From Phyllosticta citribraziliensis (lineage: Eukaryota), in contig NW_027117344.1 in assembly GCF_038025025.1 (NCBI RefSeq), positions 1,054,001 through 1,118,000 on the forward strand: a DNA stretch of 64,000 nt, read 5' to 3'. Shown in pieces: positions 50,945-61,476 of the stretch. A program made the position numbers and the translations under genes. The notes below the pieces were generated by a model. That model worked only from the letters and a program-made list of their open reading frames with translations. It made no database searches and was not told where the DNA came from. Positions within the stretch are counted from its first letter, which is position 1; every line of letters starts with the position of its first letter.

Positions 50945-53900
50945 ATGCAAGCTCAACGCGATCCCACCGTTCCAGTCCAAGGGAAAAGTGGCCGAGATCC
51001 CGCTGCCTCTCCTTCGCAAGACTCGTGGTCTGCACCCTCTCCTACCCAGACCCTCGGTCACTCGAGTCCTGAGCTTCCTCCGCTCCCAACCTTGCCGTCG
51101 CTTGGGGGCCTCCCTCGAACGCCGTTGAGCGCGTCAAAGCCTCCGGCCGACGACCCGGCCTATTTCACCACCAGCTGGGGATCCCCATACCAAGCCCCTC
51201 CGCCAGGCCTCAAGGAAAAGTCCACGCGGCACAATAGGGATACTTTTGTCAGCAGCGACGAGTTTGAAGACGAGCCGTCACCCAAGTTCGGCTTGGACCA
51301 TCTGATACCCAATCGCTTGGAGGACTCGAGCTCGCCCAAGCTTCGCTTTGGCCTGGACCATCTTCTCCCGAAGCGAATCCCCTTTCTCAAACAGGATTCT
51401 TCTAGTCCGACGCTTACTGGCGAAGAGTGGCAAGCAAAGGAACAAGACCAGGCCACCGGCTCGTCTAGAACCAACCAACCCCAGCTCTTTTTCCCCAAGG
51501 AGCCCACCGAGCGTTGGATCAAACAGTTTCTCACCGGCCAGTGGCAGTCAGAAAAGGCCAATTGGTGGAGCGACGGCTCGACAGAAGACGAGTCTGACGA
51601 AGAGAACCCGGCCGGCGGTCCTTCGAAGCGTCGCCCGAGGGCAGAGGGATCGACTCGAAAGAAACGCAAAGGTCACAAGTCACGTAAAAGCAACCTGACC
51701 TTGAAGCAAGCCGACTTTTGGGCACAATTCGGCCAAAAGGGCCGAGAGACCATTGAAAAGATGATGGCCTCGCGGTTTGCAGACCCAACACCCCCTGCGG
51801 TGCCTGAAATAAGCGACGCAGATCTCAAGGCCGAAGTCCTTTTCGATGCAGACGCTAGGAGTGATGTGCGGAGTCTGTCAAGTCGCCACGGGCCAGAGCC
51901 GCAACCCCAAGATAAGACGCTTGCTCCTCGCCCGCCGCCAAAAGATTCTCTAGCTCCTCCAGGGCCTCGTCCGCGGCCGTCCTCTCCACTGAATTCACGC
52001 CCGGGTTCCAGAGCTTCTGTTCCAGCACCGGCTCCAGCACCCCCTTCTACTGCCTCGAAGGTAGATAATCCACCGCCACCACCTCCAAAGGTCGCTGAAT
52101 ACCCCAAACCGCGTCCGAAGAAGCGGGTCTTGTGGAGAGGCAGGAACATTGTAATTCATGTGCCGCAAGATCACTTGAGAGGCAAGCAAGGAGGGCCGCC
52201 GCGGCCCCTGTCCCGTGGCGAGTTGGAGCAGCGATTGAAGCAGTTTGAGCAGGCCGGGTACAGCACTCGCGGGTTCGATACAGGTGACAGCAGTGTCCAA
52301 GAGCCATCGGCGCTATCTCAAGCACGCGCAATTTTCCCAGACCCCGAAGAAGAGGCTGAACAATGGAAGAATACTGGCAAAACCAGCATCCACATACCCG
52401 ACAAGGCGGAATGGGAGCAATATGTCGACTTTCTGACTGAACAGAGGCTTGCCGCCCTCGGAGTCAGCCTGGGAGGTGATGAACCAGTGGACGACCCTAA
52501 AACAATATCCCGGTCCGCTTCTGCACAATTTTCGGCCTTCTCCCCCCAACCGCAACCTGCTTCTGTGGGAAGCTCCGGATTTGGAGCTGTTTCCGCGCCT
52601 TTCTCGCTGCCCTCTGGGCCATCTCCAGGCATACCAGGCCACATGTCCAGAACCTCAATCGCCTCTCCAATCTCGCCATTTGGAAATGCTCGCCCCAGCG
52701 GGCACTTGTCGAGACATTCGACATATGCGTCGCCTGCCAACGTTCCTCAGCAGCAACCAACGCCGCCGCTTGCCGGGATCTCACCCAGCTTATTCATGGG
52801 TCACAACGCCTTTCGCGGAGGCTCTCCGGCCATGCCAACTAGCACGCCTATGCTTGGGGATACAGCCTCGCCCGTTTCGCCATACGGTGTCCAGCAGACC
52901 CAACAATATCCCTTTCCCCATTCGAACGACGTCTTCTCTCAAATGCAGCAGCAGCAACAACATTTGCAGGCGCAGCTCCTCCAGCAGCAGCAACAGCAGC
53001 AACAACAACTATTCTCTACTCGGCCACAGTCAACCCTGGACAAGTTACCGGAAGAAGAAACCGAAGAGGAAGGCTGTCAGGAGAGGCCTCGCACCCCGCC
53101 GCGCCCGACCCAAATGCAGAACCACCATCAGAACATCGTCGTTCCAACTCCGCGTGGTAGTCACCGCCACAACATCAGCGAAAACTTGGAGAGGGAAATA
53201 CGCGATGCTGAATATCATCTGGAGCAAGCCATCGATCGGCAACTAGACGAGGACGGTGAATTTGGCACCAAATATGGAATCTATAGCCCTCCAAACAAAC
53301 CAACGCAGGTCAATGGTTACGAGACTATGTGGCAGGCGAACCAGCCTCAACCACAAGATCAACCTTTCTCTGAGCATCTCGGAGGGCCTGGACCTGTGTT
53401 CCATGAGCGTGGCGACGACGATACCAAAACGACCATTTCGGACGCTGGAACCAACCCTAGCTTTGAGGGGCAGAACGATCGTTCGACGGCTACCGCTGGG
53501 ACATCTTCCTCGCAGCAGACTTTCGGCAGCTCCCAGTACAACAACAGCAGCCTCCATGTCAGCCACTCTAGTCAGGGCTCCATCAAATCGACAGCATCGA
53601 AATTGAATGTCAATGCGAAGGAATTCAAATTCAATCCGGGTGCTTCCTCCACCTCTTCAACTCCCACCACCTCTCAATTTGCCCCGATGCAGCAACAGCA
53701 AGAGCAGAATACCCAAGGTCTGCCGCCTAGCAGAGGTAGTACTAAACTCCATGCTGCTGTCCCAAGCTTCGTTCCCTCTTTCAAAGTCGGGAGCTTCGGA
53801 CCAGCGCAGCCTCAGCAAACCGTGTCCTCTATGCCGCGTTCTACGTTCGATTTCTCTGCGCAAGGTCCTGCTTTCAGGTCAGATGCCACGAACACGCAGA

Positions 53901-56900
53901 GCAATGCTGCACGACGTGCTCAAGCCGGCGACGAATCTGAAGGAAAGAGGCTGTTCAACATCGACATTCAAGATGCGGACATTGTCAAGCCCGCCAAACG
54001 CTCCAAAGCGATTCCAATCATCCGCCCGGATCCAAATCAACAGGTCCAGACCGATGAAGAGACGCTCGACGAGGCAGGTCGGCCAGTCCAGGCCGAGTGG
54101 AGGCAAAAGAAGGCGCGTCGTGGTGGGCAGGACGGTGACACCGAGCCGCAGTTTGCCAGACCGCACGTTCTTCCATCGAATGCCCCCCTGCAACCTCTTG
54201 GTGATGCTACTTTTGCACAGAATTCAGTTAGATCGGATCTGCCGCGATCTGCTGTCAGCCCAATTCCTGAAGGAAAAGAGAACCAAACCCCTGATAGTCG
54301 GACACCCCAAGCCTCGCCATTTGAGCCCAATGCTTCATCGATCTTTGAACCTCCCAAGCACTCACAGTCTACCAGTCACAGCCAGGAAGAAAGCAAGACC
54401 TCGGTTGACCCACAGAACTCGGGGTTCGAGGGTGCCTTCAACTTCGGCTTGCACGTCACCAAGCCTTCGATGGACGTCAATGAAGGCGACCGGAATACTG
54501 GACGTGCTAGTGCAGGTCCTGATGCATTGAGTCGTAGCCCGGCCCATACGAACACGTACCAGCCTAGTGAGGGAGGCTCGTTCATGACAGCCTTGGAACC
54601 CAACAAGCCTGCACAATACGGCGACAGCGAGGTTGAGGAGAGGCCCACATTTGACGAAATCGACGATGTTATGAGGGCCATGAATGATCAGGGGTCCGAG
54701 TACGGAGTATTGAAAGAGACTCCTCCTTGGACACGTTCGAGCCCGCTTCGGAAGAGACCGATTGAACGGCCTGAAGCGGCTCTATTCAGGAGCCCATCCC
54801 CTAGCACCCATGCTCAGCACTTGTACCCATCCACCGGAGCTCAGGACTCCCCATCAGCTCAAGATCCATTCAGTGATTCAAAGGCTGGTCTGGCTTACGA
54901 TTCTCCTGTCCACAGACTGAATGACCGAGACGATGTGCCCGTCAGCGATTGGGACGACATTGTCTCGACAGACGAGGAGGCCAAGGTTCAAGCTCGGAGC
55001 CGATTCTTTGATCACCATGTCGACAACATTATCGACAGCGTCTTACAAAGCCGCCTTGGTCCTCTTGAGAAGAGCATCCACCTTATCAGCGACTCTGTTT
55101 CCGCTCTGACCATGAAACAAACCGGGCGCAATCTCCGAAGAAGTCCATCCATTGGCACTGGGGAGAGCGACGCCGACGACGAGGACGATGAGCTGGAATC
55201 TTTCCCCCGCAATCGGTCCCCAGGAAGAAACCGCAAACTCGAAAAGATGAAAAGCGTTGTTGCCGAGGCCTTGAGCCAACACATTCCCTCGCAGCCAGCC
55301 AGCAACACCGGTGGTGTTGATGTTGCAGAATTCTACCAAGCGTTGGCTGACCTCAAGATGTCCCTCGCCAGATCGACTTCGACTGACCAACTGGATGACC
55401 TACGAGAGATCATGGAAGAAGCCCTCAACCGCCAAAGCATGGCACTGGTCGATGCCAGGAGAGCCGAGATCGATGCTGAGGCTGAGGCGAAGATCGCTGA
55501 GTTTCAGAGGACACTTGATGAAAACAAGCAAATCATTGAAGTCGCGACCGAAAGCCGCAGGATCGCCGAAAGCGCCGAGCATGATGCCCAACGGAGACTC
55601 GCTCTCACCGAGGAAGAACTTCAGCTTCTTCGAGCTCAAGTTCGGGATGATGACCAAAGAATGCGGTCCATGACCGAGGGAATTCACGATCTCAAATTGA
55701 GCCTGCAATCTTCGGAAAGAGACCAAGAAGAGCTTCGCCGCCGTCTGGTCACCCTCGAGACGCAAAACGAAGCGCTCGAAGCAACCCTTGACGAGTATCG
55801 CCTCTCATCGAAGAAATGGCATTCGGAGATTCAACAGGCCATTGAAGACAATGAAATCCTTCGTCGAAATATCAGTACTCTCGAGTCGCAGAATCACGAG
55901 TCTATCCGCGGCAGAGAGAAGATGCGCGCGAGACTTGAACAGCTCCAGAAGGACATGGTTTCCGCGGCGAGTCAAGTCGCAGACGAGAAATCGAAATGGC
56001 AGAAACAGGAAGAGGATCATGTCAAGCGTTTCGAGACACTCCGGGCAAGGATAGAGGCCGAAGCTCGAACCCGCGAAAGATTGGAACGAGAGATGGAAAG
56101 ACTCGAAACTCAAGAACGCGAGGGTATGAGGTTAAAGGTCATTTTGGAGCAGACACAGAGACAGAATATTGTCATGGAAGAGAACGCCAACAAATTCCGC
56201 TTGGAATCCTTGGAGTACCAGAAGAGAGCCGAACGATTTGAACGCGAATTTCACGAATCGCGGGAAGCCGCGAGGGCTGAAATCAAGCGCACTCGCGTTC
56301 TCATGGAAGCAGACCTCGAGGCTGCCAACAACCAGGTCAATGTCGTTCGGGCTGAACTCGAAAGCGAGAATAGCAGACTCCGGCAAGAAATCGACAGCGT
56401 CCGGATGGAGCGGGACACGGAGAAGGCCAGGCATGAGATCCTGCTCGAAAGTGAAGCTGACTCTAAGCGGGATGCTGTTCGCGAGGCTCATGAAGGTCGC
56501 GACCGTGCGCTCAAGGAGCAGCAGCATCGCTACGAGAAGGCAATTGAAGAGCAGCAGCAGCGCTATGAAAGAACTCTGGAGGACCAGCAACAACGCTACG
56601 AGAAAGAGATTCAGATTCAACAGCAGAGGGTTGCGCAGAGAATGGAAGATCAACAGCGACGCTATGAGAAGGAGATCGAGGAGTTGCACCGTCAGCACAA
56701 CCGTGACTTGGCCACAACCATCGAAGACAAGCAACACGCTGAAGAGCATCTGAATGATCGTCTTTCTCTTGCCAACGAGAAAAACGACTACCTTCAGGAC
56801 AAGGTCTTGCACATGGAAGAGAAGCTCGAGGTGGCCAAGTCTGCCGCACACGCCGCTGCTCTTGCAGCTCAGAGTGCCAAATCCCCCGCCGGACCCTCCC

Positions 56901-57835
56901 AAGAATCAGCTCTTCCCAGCGCCCAGGACAAGGTTTCGCCGCAAGCACTTCGTGAATCCATCGTCGTTCTCCAAGAGCAACTTCAAGAGCGCGAGCAGCG
57001 GATCGAGCGTCTGGAACAGCAGTTGCATGAAGTCGGTCCAGACTCGCCGCAGAGGGTGAAGCAAATGGAAACAGAGATTGGGTGGCTGCGTGAGCTTCTT
57101 GGAGTTCGGGTTGACGACATTACTGACCTCATCAATGCGCTCGCGACGCCGAATTTCGATCGTGAGGTCGTGCAGAATGCTGCCATCAGGATCCGGACGA
57201 ATTTGCAGATGGAACAGCACGAGAAAGAGCGGCTTAATGCAGGCGGAGGTAACATTTCATTCCCTGCTCTCGCAAGCATTTCCAACTTTGCCTCACCCAA
57301 GGCCGCACATTTCGCTGGGTTGCTCGGCGGTTGGCGCAAGAACCGAGAGAGTAGTGTCGGCGCGCGCAACAGGTCGAATGGAGAAGGCAGTCAGGAGCAG
57401 ACACCTTCGAGAAATTTGCCACCAACATCCGGTTTGCTCTCTGGCCTGATGACGCCTCCGACCAGTGGCTTGCGGTCCGGAAAGCTGCCCCAGAGATCAA
57501 GTTTGCGCCCTCGTGGCGCCTCGTTTACTTCTGATTCGAGTCGCCACAGCGGTCGTGCCTCAAGCTCGGCCATGCAAGCAGACTCGCGGCTCAGCGAAGT
57601 CCCAGCCACTCCGCCTAGGAGCCGTGATGGCCTACTACACAAGGGAGCCTACGACCAAGACGCCGAGGACAGCACATTCTCACCCACTGGCTTTGACTAC
57701 GACGCGTCGAGTAGGCACGAGGGCTTGAGCATCCACGAGGTCATGACCATGGAGAATCTCGCATCGATGGATATTCACGACCGCGACTCGATGGATGCAA
57801 TGCGGCCATTCGAACCATTCGGCGGCTTGGAATGA
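50945..57835 (+). CDS. Large (2296 aa) protein: disordered Pro/Ser/Gln-rich N-half, long C-terminal coiled coil (type often auto-annotated 'myosin class II heavy chain'; no motor domain visible)
   Basis: Uninterrupted 6.9-kb ORF; E/Q/R/K-rich helical region ~55400-57240; polyQ; no P-loop/GESGAGKT myosin motif. Confidence 0.9.
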   Translation: MQAQRDPTVPVQGKSGRDPAASPSQDSWSAPSPTQTLGHSSPELPPLPTLPSLGGLPRTPLSASKPPADDPAYFTTSWGSPYQAPPPGLKEKSTRHNRDTFVSSDEFEDEPSPKFGLDHLIPNRLEDSSSPKLRFGLDHLLPKRIPFLKQDSSSPTLTGEEWQAKEQDQATGSSRTNQPQLFFPKEPTERWIKQFLTGQWQSEKANWWSDGSTEDESDEENPAGGPSKRRPRAEGSTRKKRKGHKSRKSNLTLKQADFWAQFGQKGRETIEKMMASRFADPTPPAVPEISDADLKAEVLFDADARSDVRSLSSRHGPEPQPQDKTLAPRPPPKDSLAPPGPRPRPSSPLNSRPGSRASVPAPAPAPPSTASKVDNPPPPPPKVAEYPKPRPKKRVLWRGRNIVIHVPQDHLRGKQGGPPRPLSRGELEQRLKQFEQAGYSTRGFDTGDSSVQEPSALSQARAIFPDPEEEAEQWKNTGKTSIHIPDKAEWEQYVDFLTEQRLAALGVSLGGDEPVDDPKTISRSASAQFSAFSPQPQPASVGSSGFGAVSAPFSLPSGPSPGIPGHMSRTSIASPISPFGNARPSGHLSRHSTYASPANVPQQQPTPPLAGISPSLFMGHNAFRGGSPAMPTSTPMLGDTASPVSPYGVQQTQQYPFPHSNDVFSQMQQQQQHLQAQLLQQQQQQQQQLFSTRPQSTLDKLPEEETEEEGCQERPRTPPRPTQMQNHHQNIVVPTPRGSHRHNISENLEREIRDAEYHLEQAIDRQLDEDGEFGTKYGIYSPPNKPTQVNGYETMWQANQPQPQDQPFSEHLGGPGPVFHERGDDDTKTTISDAGTNPSFEGQNDRSTATAGTSSSQQTFGSSQYNNSSLHVSHSSQGSIKSTASKLNVNAKEFKFNPGASSTSSTPTTSQFAPMQQQQEQNTQGLPPSRGSTKLHAAVPSFVPSFKVGSFGPAQPQQTVSSMPRSTFDFSAQGPAFRSDATNTQSNAARRAQAGDESEGKRLFNIDIQDADIVKPAKRSKAIPIIRPDPNQQVQTDEETLDEAGRPVQAEWRQKKARRGGQDGDTEPQFARPHVLPSNAPLQPLGDATFAQNSVRSDLPRSAVSPIPEGKENQTPDSRTPQASPFEPNASSIFEPPKHSQSTSHSQEESKTSVDPQNSGFEGAFNFGLHVTKPSMDVNEGDRNTGRASAGPDALSRSPAHTNTYQPSEGGSFMTALEPNKPAQYGDSEVEERPTFDEIDDVMRAMNDQGSEYGVLKETPPWTRSSPLRKRPIERPEAALFRSPSPSTHAQHLYPSTGAQDSPSAQDPFSDSKAGLAYDSPVHRLNDRDDVPVSDWDDIVSTDEEAKVQARSRFFDHHVDNIIDSVLQSRLGPLEKSIHLISDSVSALTMKQTGRNLRRSPSIGTGESDADDEDDELESFPRNRSPGRNRKLEKMKSVVAEALSQHIPSQPASNTGGVDVAEFYQALADLKMSLARSTSTDQLDDLREIMEEALNRQSMALVDARRAEIDAEAEAKIAEFQRTLDENKQIIEVATESRRIAESAEHDAQRRLALTEEELQLLRAQVRDDDQRMRSMTEGIHDLKLSLQSSERDQEELRRRLVTLETQNEALEATLDEYRLSSKKWHSEIQQAIEDNEILRRNISTLESQNHESIRGREKMRARLEQLQKDMVSAASQVADEKSKWQKQEEDHVKRFETLRARIEAEARTRERLEREMERLETQEREGMRLKVILEQTQRQNIVMEENANKFRLESLEYQKRAERFEREFHESREAARAEIKRTRVLMEADLEAANNQVNVVRAELESENSRLRQEIDSVRMERDTEKARHEILLESEADSKRDAVREAHEGRDRALKEQQHRYEKAIEEQQQRYERTLEDQQQRYEKEIQIQQQRVAQRMEDQQRRYEKEIEELHRQHNRDLATTIEDKQHAEEHLNDRLSLANEKNDYLQDKVLHMEEKLEVAKSAAHAAALAAQSAKSPAGPSQESALPSAQDKVSPQALRESIVVLQEQLQEREQRIERLEQQLHEVGPDSPQRVKQMETEIGWLRELLGVRVDDITDLINALATPNFDREVVQNAAIRIRTNLQMEQHEKERLNAGGGNISFPALASISNFASPKAAHFAGLLGGWRKNRESSVGARNRSNGEGSQEQTPSRNLPPTSGLLSGLMTPPTSGLRSGKLPQRSSLRPRGASFTSDSSRHSGRASSSAMQADSRLSEVPATPPRSRDGLLHKGAYDQDAEDSTFSPTGFDYDASSRHEGLSIHEVMTMENLASMDIHDRDSMDAMRPFEPFGGLE

Positions 57836-58134
57836 GTGCGTCACTCACATCCTTCGTCAAAATTGAAAGCATTACCTGCAGATTTCTTGTTCATGTTTTC
57901 ACCAGAGCGTAGTGTTTACATCTGACACATCGCCCCGCTTATCTGGTGTTAAGTACATTCATTTTTACTACCTGCCTGATATGATGAGTCTTGACTTCAA
58001 TGTTTCCTTTTTTCAGCAACATCCTCGTAGCTTTTCCCTCTAGAGGGTACTTCTTCTGTAAACTCTTTTCGCAAGTCTTTAAAGGACACTTTGATACCCC
58101 CTGACCTGGAGGAGATCAGGAGAACGGACAGAAT

Positions 58135-58727
58135 AATTTAGTCATTTAGATTGCTACACTTTATAGAATAAAGATTATCTTTCCTAATTACTCTTCCTTA
58201 TACTATAGTCTTAGCCTTATATTGTAAAAGCAAGATATAAAGTAGAGAATTAAGAGTTAAGTATTAAAAATTCTTTATATCTAGCTCTATAATAGTAAGT
58301 AGTTAGAGTAAAGACTAGATAAAGAAAAATTAAGAATTAATATAAGCTTGTATTTTAGCTTAAATTAGTAGAAAGAGAGAAGATAGTAATCTTAATAAAT
58401 ATTATAGCTAAGAATTTTTAAGGCCTTACTTATTTAGGTTTAGTCTATTTTAGCTTATCTAAGCTAAAGGTTTAAGTAAGATTCTAATTTCTAAGAATAT
58501 TCTAGCTTTACCTCTATCTTACTAATTAGGCTACTACCTTACCTTCTACTTTCTTATACTAAAGAAAGAGAATAAAAAGGTAAGTTTTCTATAACACCCT
58601 TAAGCCCTTATTACCTTACTACTCTTCTTTCTCTCTATTTTTCTCTCTCTCCTCTCTAAGAGATACTCTATCTACTAATAGACCTAGAAAACATGGCTAG
58701 AAAAGGAATACTAATGTATCTATTTAG
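58135..58727. other. Small AT/TpA-rich RIP-like island (probable repeat relic)
   Basis: Abrupt switch to the TAG/CTA/TAA-rich, CpG/CpA-poor composition seen in 1-41 kb; no termini or motifs recognised. Confidence 0.8.
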
Positions 58728-58790
58728 GGTGAATCATGCTCAGGCAGGCGCTGGATGCGGTTACGGTCCCGCCTCGGCGGCGTGTCCACA

Positions 58791-60442
58791 ATGGCTTGGT
58801 GCGTCCGCTTCACTCCCAAGGTGCCCACCCAATTACTCGCCAACGCGTCACTCACGTCACCAGGTCAACGAAATTATCTGCCATCGCGTAGATCATGACT
58901 CAGTAAGACTTGACAGCCAACTGTGAGGTACACTCAGAGCTGACGCGCGTGAAGGTCGAGGAATATCTACTCCGCTGGGCAGCTCCCGCCGGCGCTCCCA
59001 CAGCCACACCTCTTTCCTGGCACCCAGTCAATGAGCTTTCGTCTTGCATCGAGAAGCTCCAAAAATACCTGGAGTCATTGTCAACCGGAAGCAGGTACGC
59101 CATCTGTCGCCATGCGAACGCGTAACCTGCTCCAGGTAGACGCTTGGGCTAACTCATCACGTGATGTCGCAGCGAGACGCGTCCTCGCGTTCACACAGGA
59201 AAGAACGACCGACGCCTGAATCAAGCCCAGTCTCCCATTTCCAATGTCAAGGTCTACAATGGAGAGCTGAAAGAGCTCGATGGCATGACGGTCGTAGTGC
59301 CGGTAACCAAGCCGAATCAGTGGGATTGTTCATTGCGCTCACAAAAATCACAGTCTTCAAGCCCCAACATCACTCGCGTCGACATTCGTCAGATTGTCAC
59401 ACCCTCCATGCTTGAGAACGCTCAGCATGCACGAACGGACACAGCGGAGAGAGCTGTGAGGCAAGAAGTTCTATCGCGCCTTGAGCGAATACCCGGTCCC
59501 AAAGTTGGCCTCATCAACGAGGTTGACAACTCCTCGCCGCCGTTAAGCTTCACGTTCATCGACAAGAACATCCTCGGCGACGGCGTTCATGCGGCTGATG
59601 AAGACACCGTCACTGGCTGCACAAAATGTCGCGCCCACATGGGCCAAGGCATTGGGTGCGAGTACTCGAAGCTGTGTGACTGCCTTGAATATGCCGCTGT
59701 CAACGACACAGAACGCATGCTCCCCGAGGAGCGCGCCCGCTGGGAGCGAATAAAAAATACAGGAGAGGGAGATACCACTGGGCTGCCAAAGAAGTTCCCA
59801 TACTACTCCAGCGGTCCTCGGGCGGGATGCCTCGTTCCTTTTTATTTGGAAAGACGAACCGTAATTTACGAATGCAACCCCAAATGCAAGTGCGGACCAA
59901 CTTGCAAAACACGAGTAGTCCAACACGGTCGGAAAGTCCCCCTGGAAATATTCAAGACCCCAGATGGAAGAGGCTGGGGCATTCGTTCCAAAACGCAGCT
60001 TAGGATCGGACAATTCGTGGATACGTATCGCGGTGAGATCATCACCGATGCCGAAGCCTCACGGCGTGAGAGTCTCGCCCATGGAGCGAAGGACAGTTAC
60101 CTTTACTCGCTCGACAAGTTTGCGGAGACGTGTGGCTTCGGCCAGGAGGAGCTGTACGTCATCGATGGCCAGTTTCACGGTGGACCAACGCGCTTCCTTA
60201 ACCACTCGTGCGATCCGAACTGCCGGCAGTACGTTGTATCTTACAACAAACATGACCCCAAGGTCTACGAAATTGCCTTCTTCGCGACCAGAGACATAGC
60301 TTCTGGAGAGGAGCTCACGTTTGACTACCTTGACAAGGAGGAGGAGGAGGATGAAGAGATGGATGAAGAGGTGGCCTCAGGAAAAACACGGATCAAATGC
60401 CGCTGTGGCACCAAGAAGTGCAGGAGATACCTTTGGCTTTGA
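58791..60442 (+). CDS. dim-5: Histone H3K9 methyltransferase, DIM-5/Clr4/KMT1 family, with putative N-terminal chromo-like exons (start codon uncertain)
   Basis: Pre-SET Cys clusters (GCTKC..C..CDC; ECNPKCKCGPTC), SET motifs GWG, YRGE, YLYSLD, RFLNHSCDPN, ELTFDY, post-SET CRCGTKKCRRYLW. Introns 58903-58954 and 59095-59172 join upstream exons in frame with ORF 59285-60442; possible first intron 58821-58863. Confidence 0.92.
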
Positions 60443-61476
60443 GGCGTTCAGAATCATGACTGCATCAAGAGGCAGTCCGGAGTTTCTTCACTCAGCCGCC
60501 GACTGTGGATTCTGGCGGTCGTTGCTTTTCAGGAGCGGAGGGGGTTGCGGCTTGGTCTTCAGAGTCAAGCTCGTGCAGTGCACTCGCGGGGGGAACATGA
60601 GAAAAGCATGGGTTCATCAGTGGTGTTATTGACGGGTTCGATTAGCTCGGATGAAAGTGCGACGAGGGCACGTCTAATTAATTAGTTAGCTGAACACCGG
60701 GGAGCAGCATGAATGTCAAAATTGAAGACGCCAGTGGGCACCGGCCCAAGCAAGCATGAGAACCGGCCCGCTCTCAGGCGTCAAACGATATTCAAAAGTG
60801 TCTCGACCACCACATCCATTCAAAGCATGGCTAAAAGCGCAACGAACATGTCCGTGGCTGGGCAGCAACTCCAAGCCTGCGAGTCACGGCCAAAAGAGGA
60901 CCAGCAATTATAGATCTAGGTCATCACATGCCGCCGCTTAAAGCCAGGACAAGAGGGAGAATGCAAGCAAACGGGCACAAGGCCGGTGTTTTGAAAAATG
61001 GAGGACCAGGTCCAACAATGGACAACCAGGTCGAGTTGGCCGGCAAAGGCGGATGTGCCGTCTGGGGGCGACAAGGCCGGTGGTGGACGAGGTCGGTTGG
61101 ACCAATCAGGCACAGCGCGGGAGGCACCGCCGCCATGTCCTGAATCCTACCCATGGCTTGGCTCGGCACATGGCCGCCGTTGGCTGCAAGTGCCGGGCGA
61201 TACGAGCGAGCACGATGGACAAGCCGTCAGGTTCGACGCGAGATGGATGGATGGATGCGCTTTGCCAATTGCCCATCCCATGGTCGCGTCACGCTTGCCC
61301 GTCACTTGGCCGCCGCCATCATCCCTACCGTACTCGGCCGTCGTCGCTCTACTTACTGTGTCACTCAGTCTTTGCTCTCTCTCACGCCTCTCGCCATCAA
61401 TGTTACCGTCTCTAGCCAGCTCTCCAAGACGCGTAGGGCGCTGCACCACACATCTGCTTCTCTTGAAACCGCGCCA

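Noticed and set aside
51160..57728. Many antisense or alternative-frame ORFs within the 2296-aa gene
   Set aside because: Shadow ORFs of a long GC-balanced coding sequence.
50945..57835. Calling the large protein a true myosin II
   Set aside because: No motor-domain or IQ motifs; the resemblance is limited to coiled-coil composition.
59131..59140. Alternative acceptor at 59135 for dim-5 intron
   Set aside because: It gives an immediate in-frame TAG; the 59172 acceptor has a GCTAAC branch site and keeps the frame.
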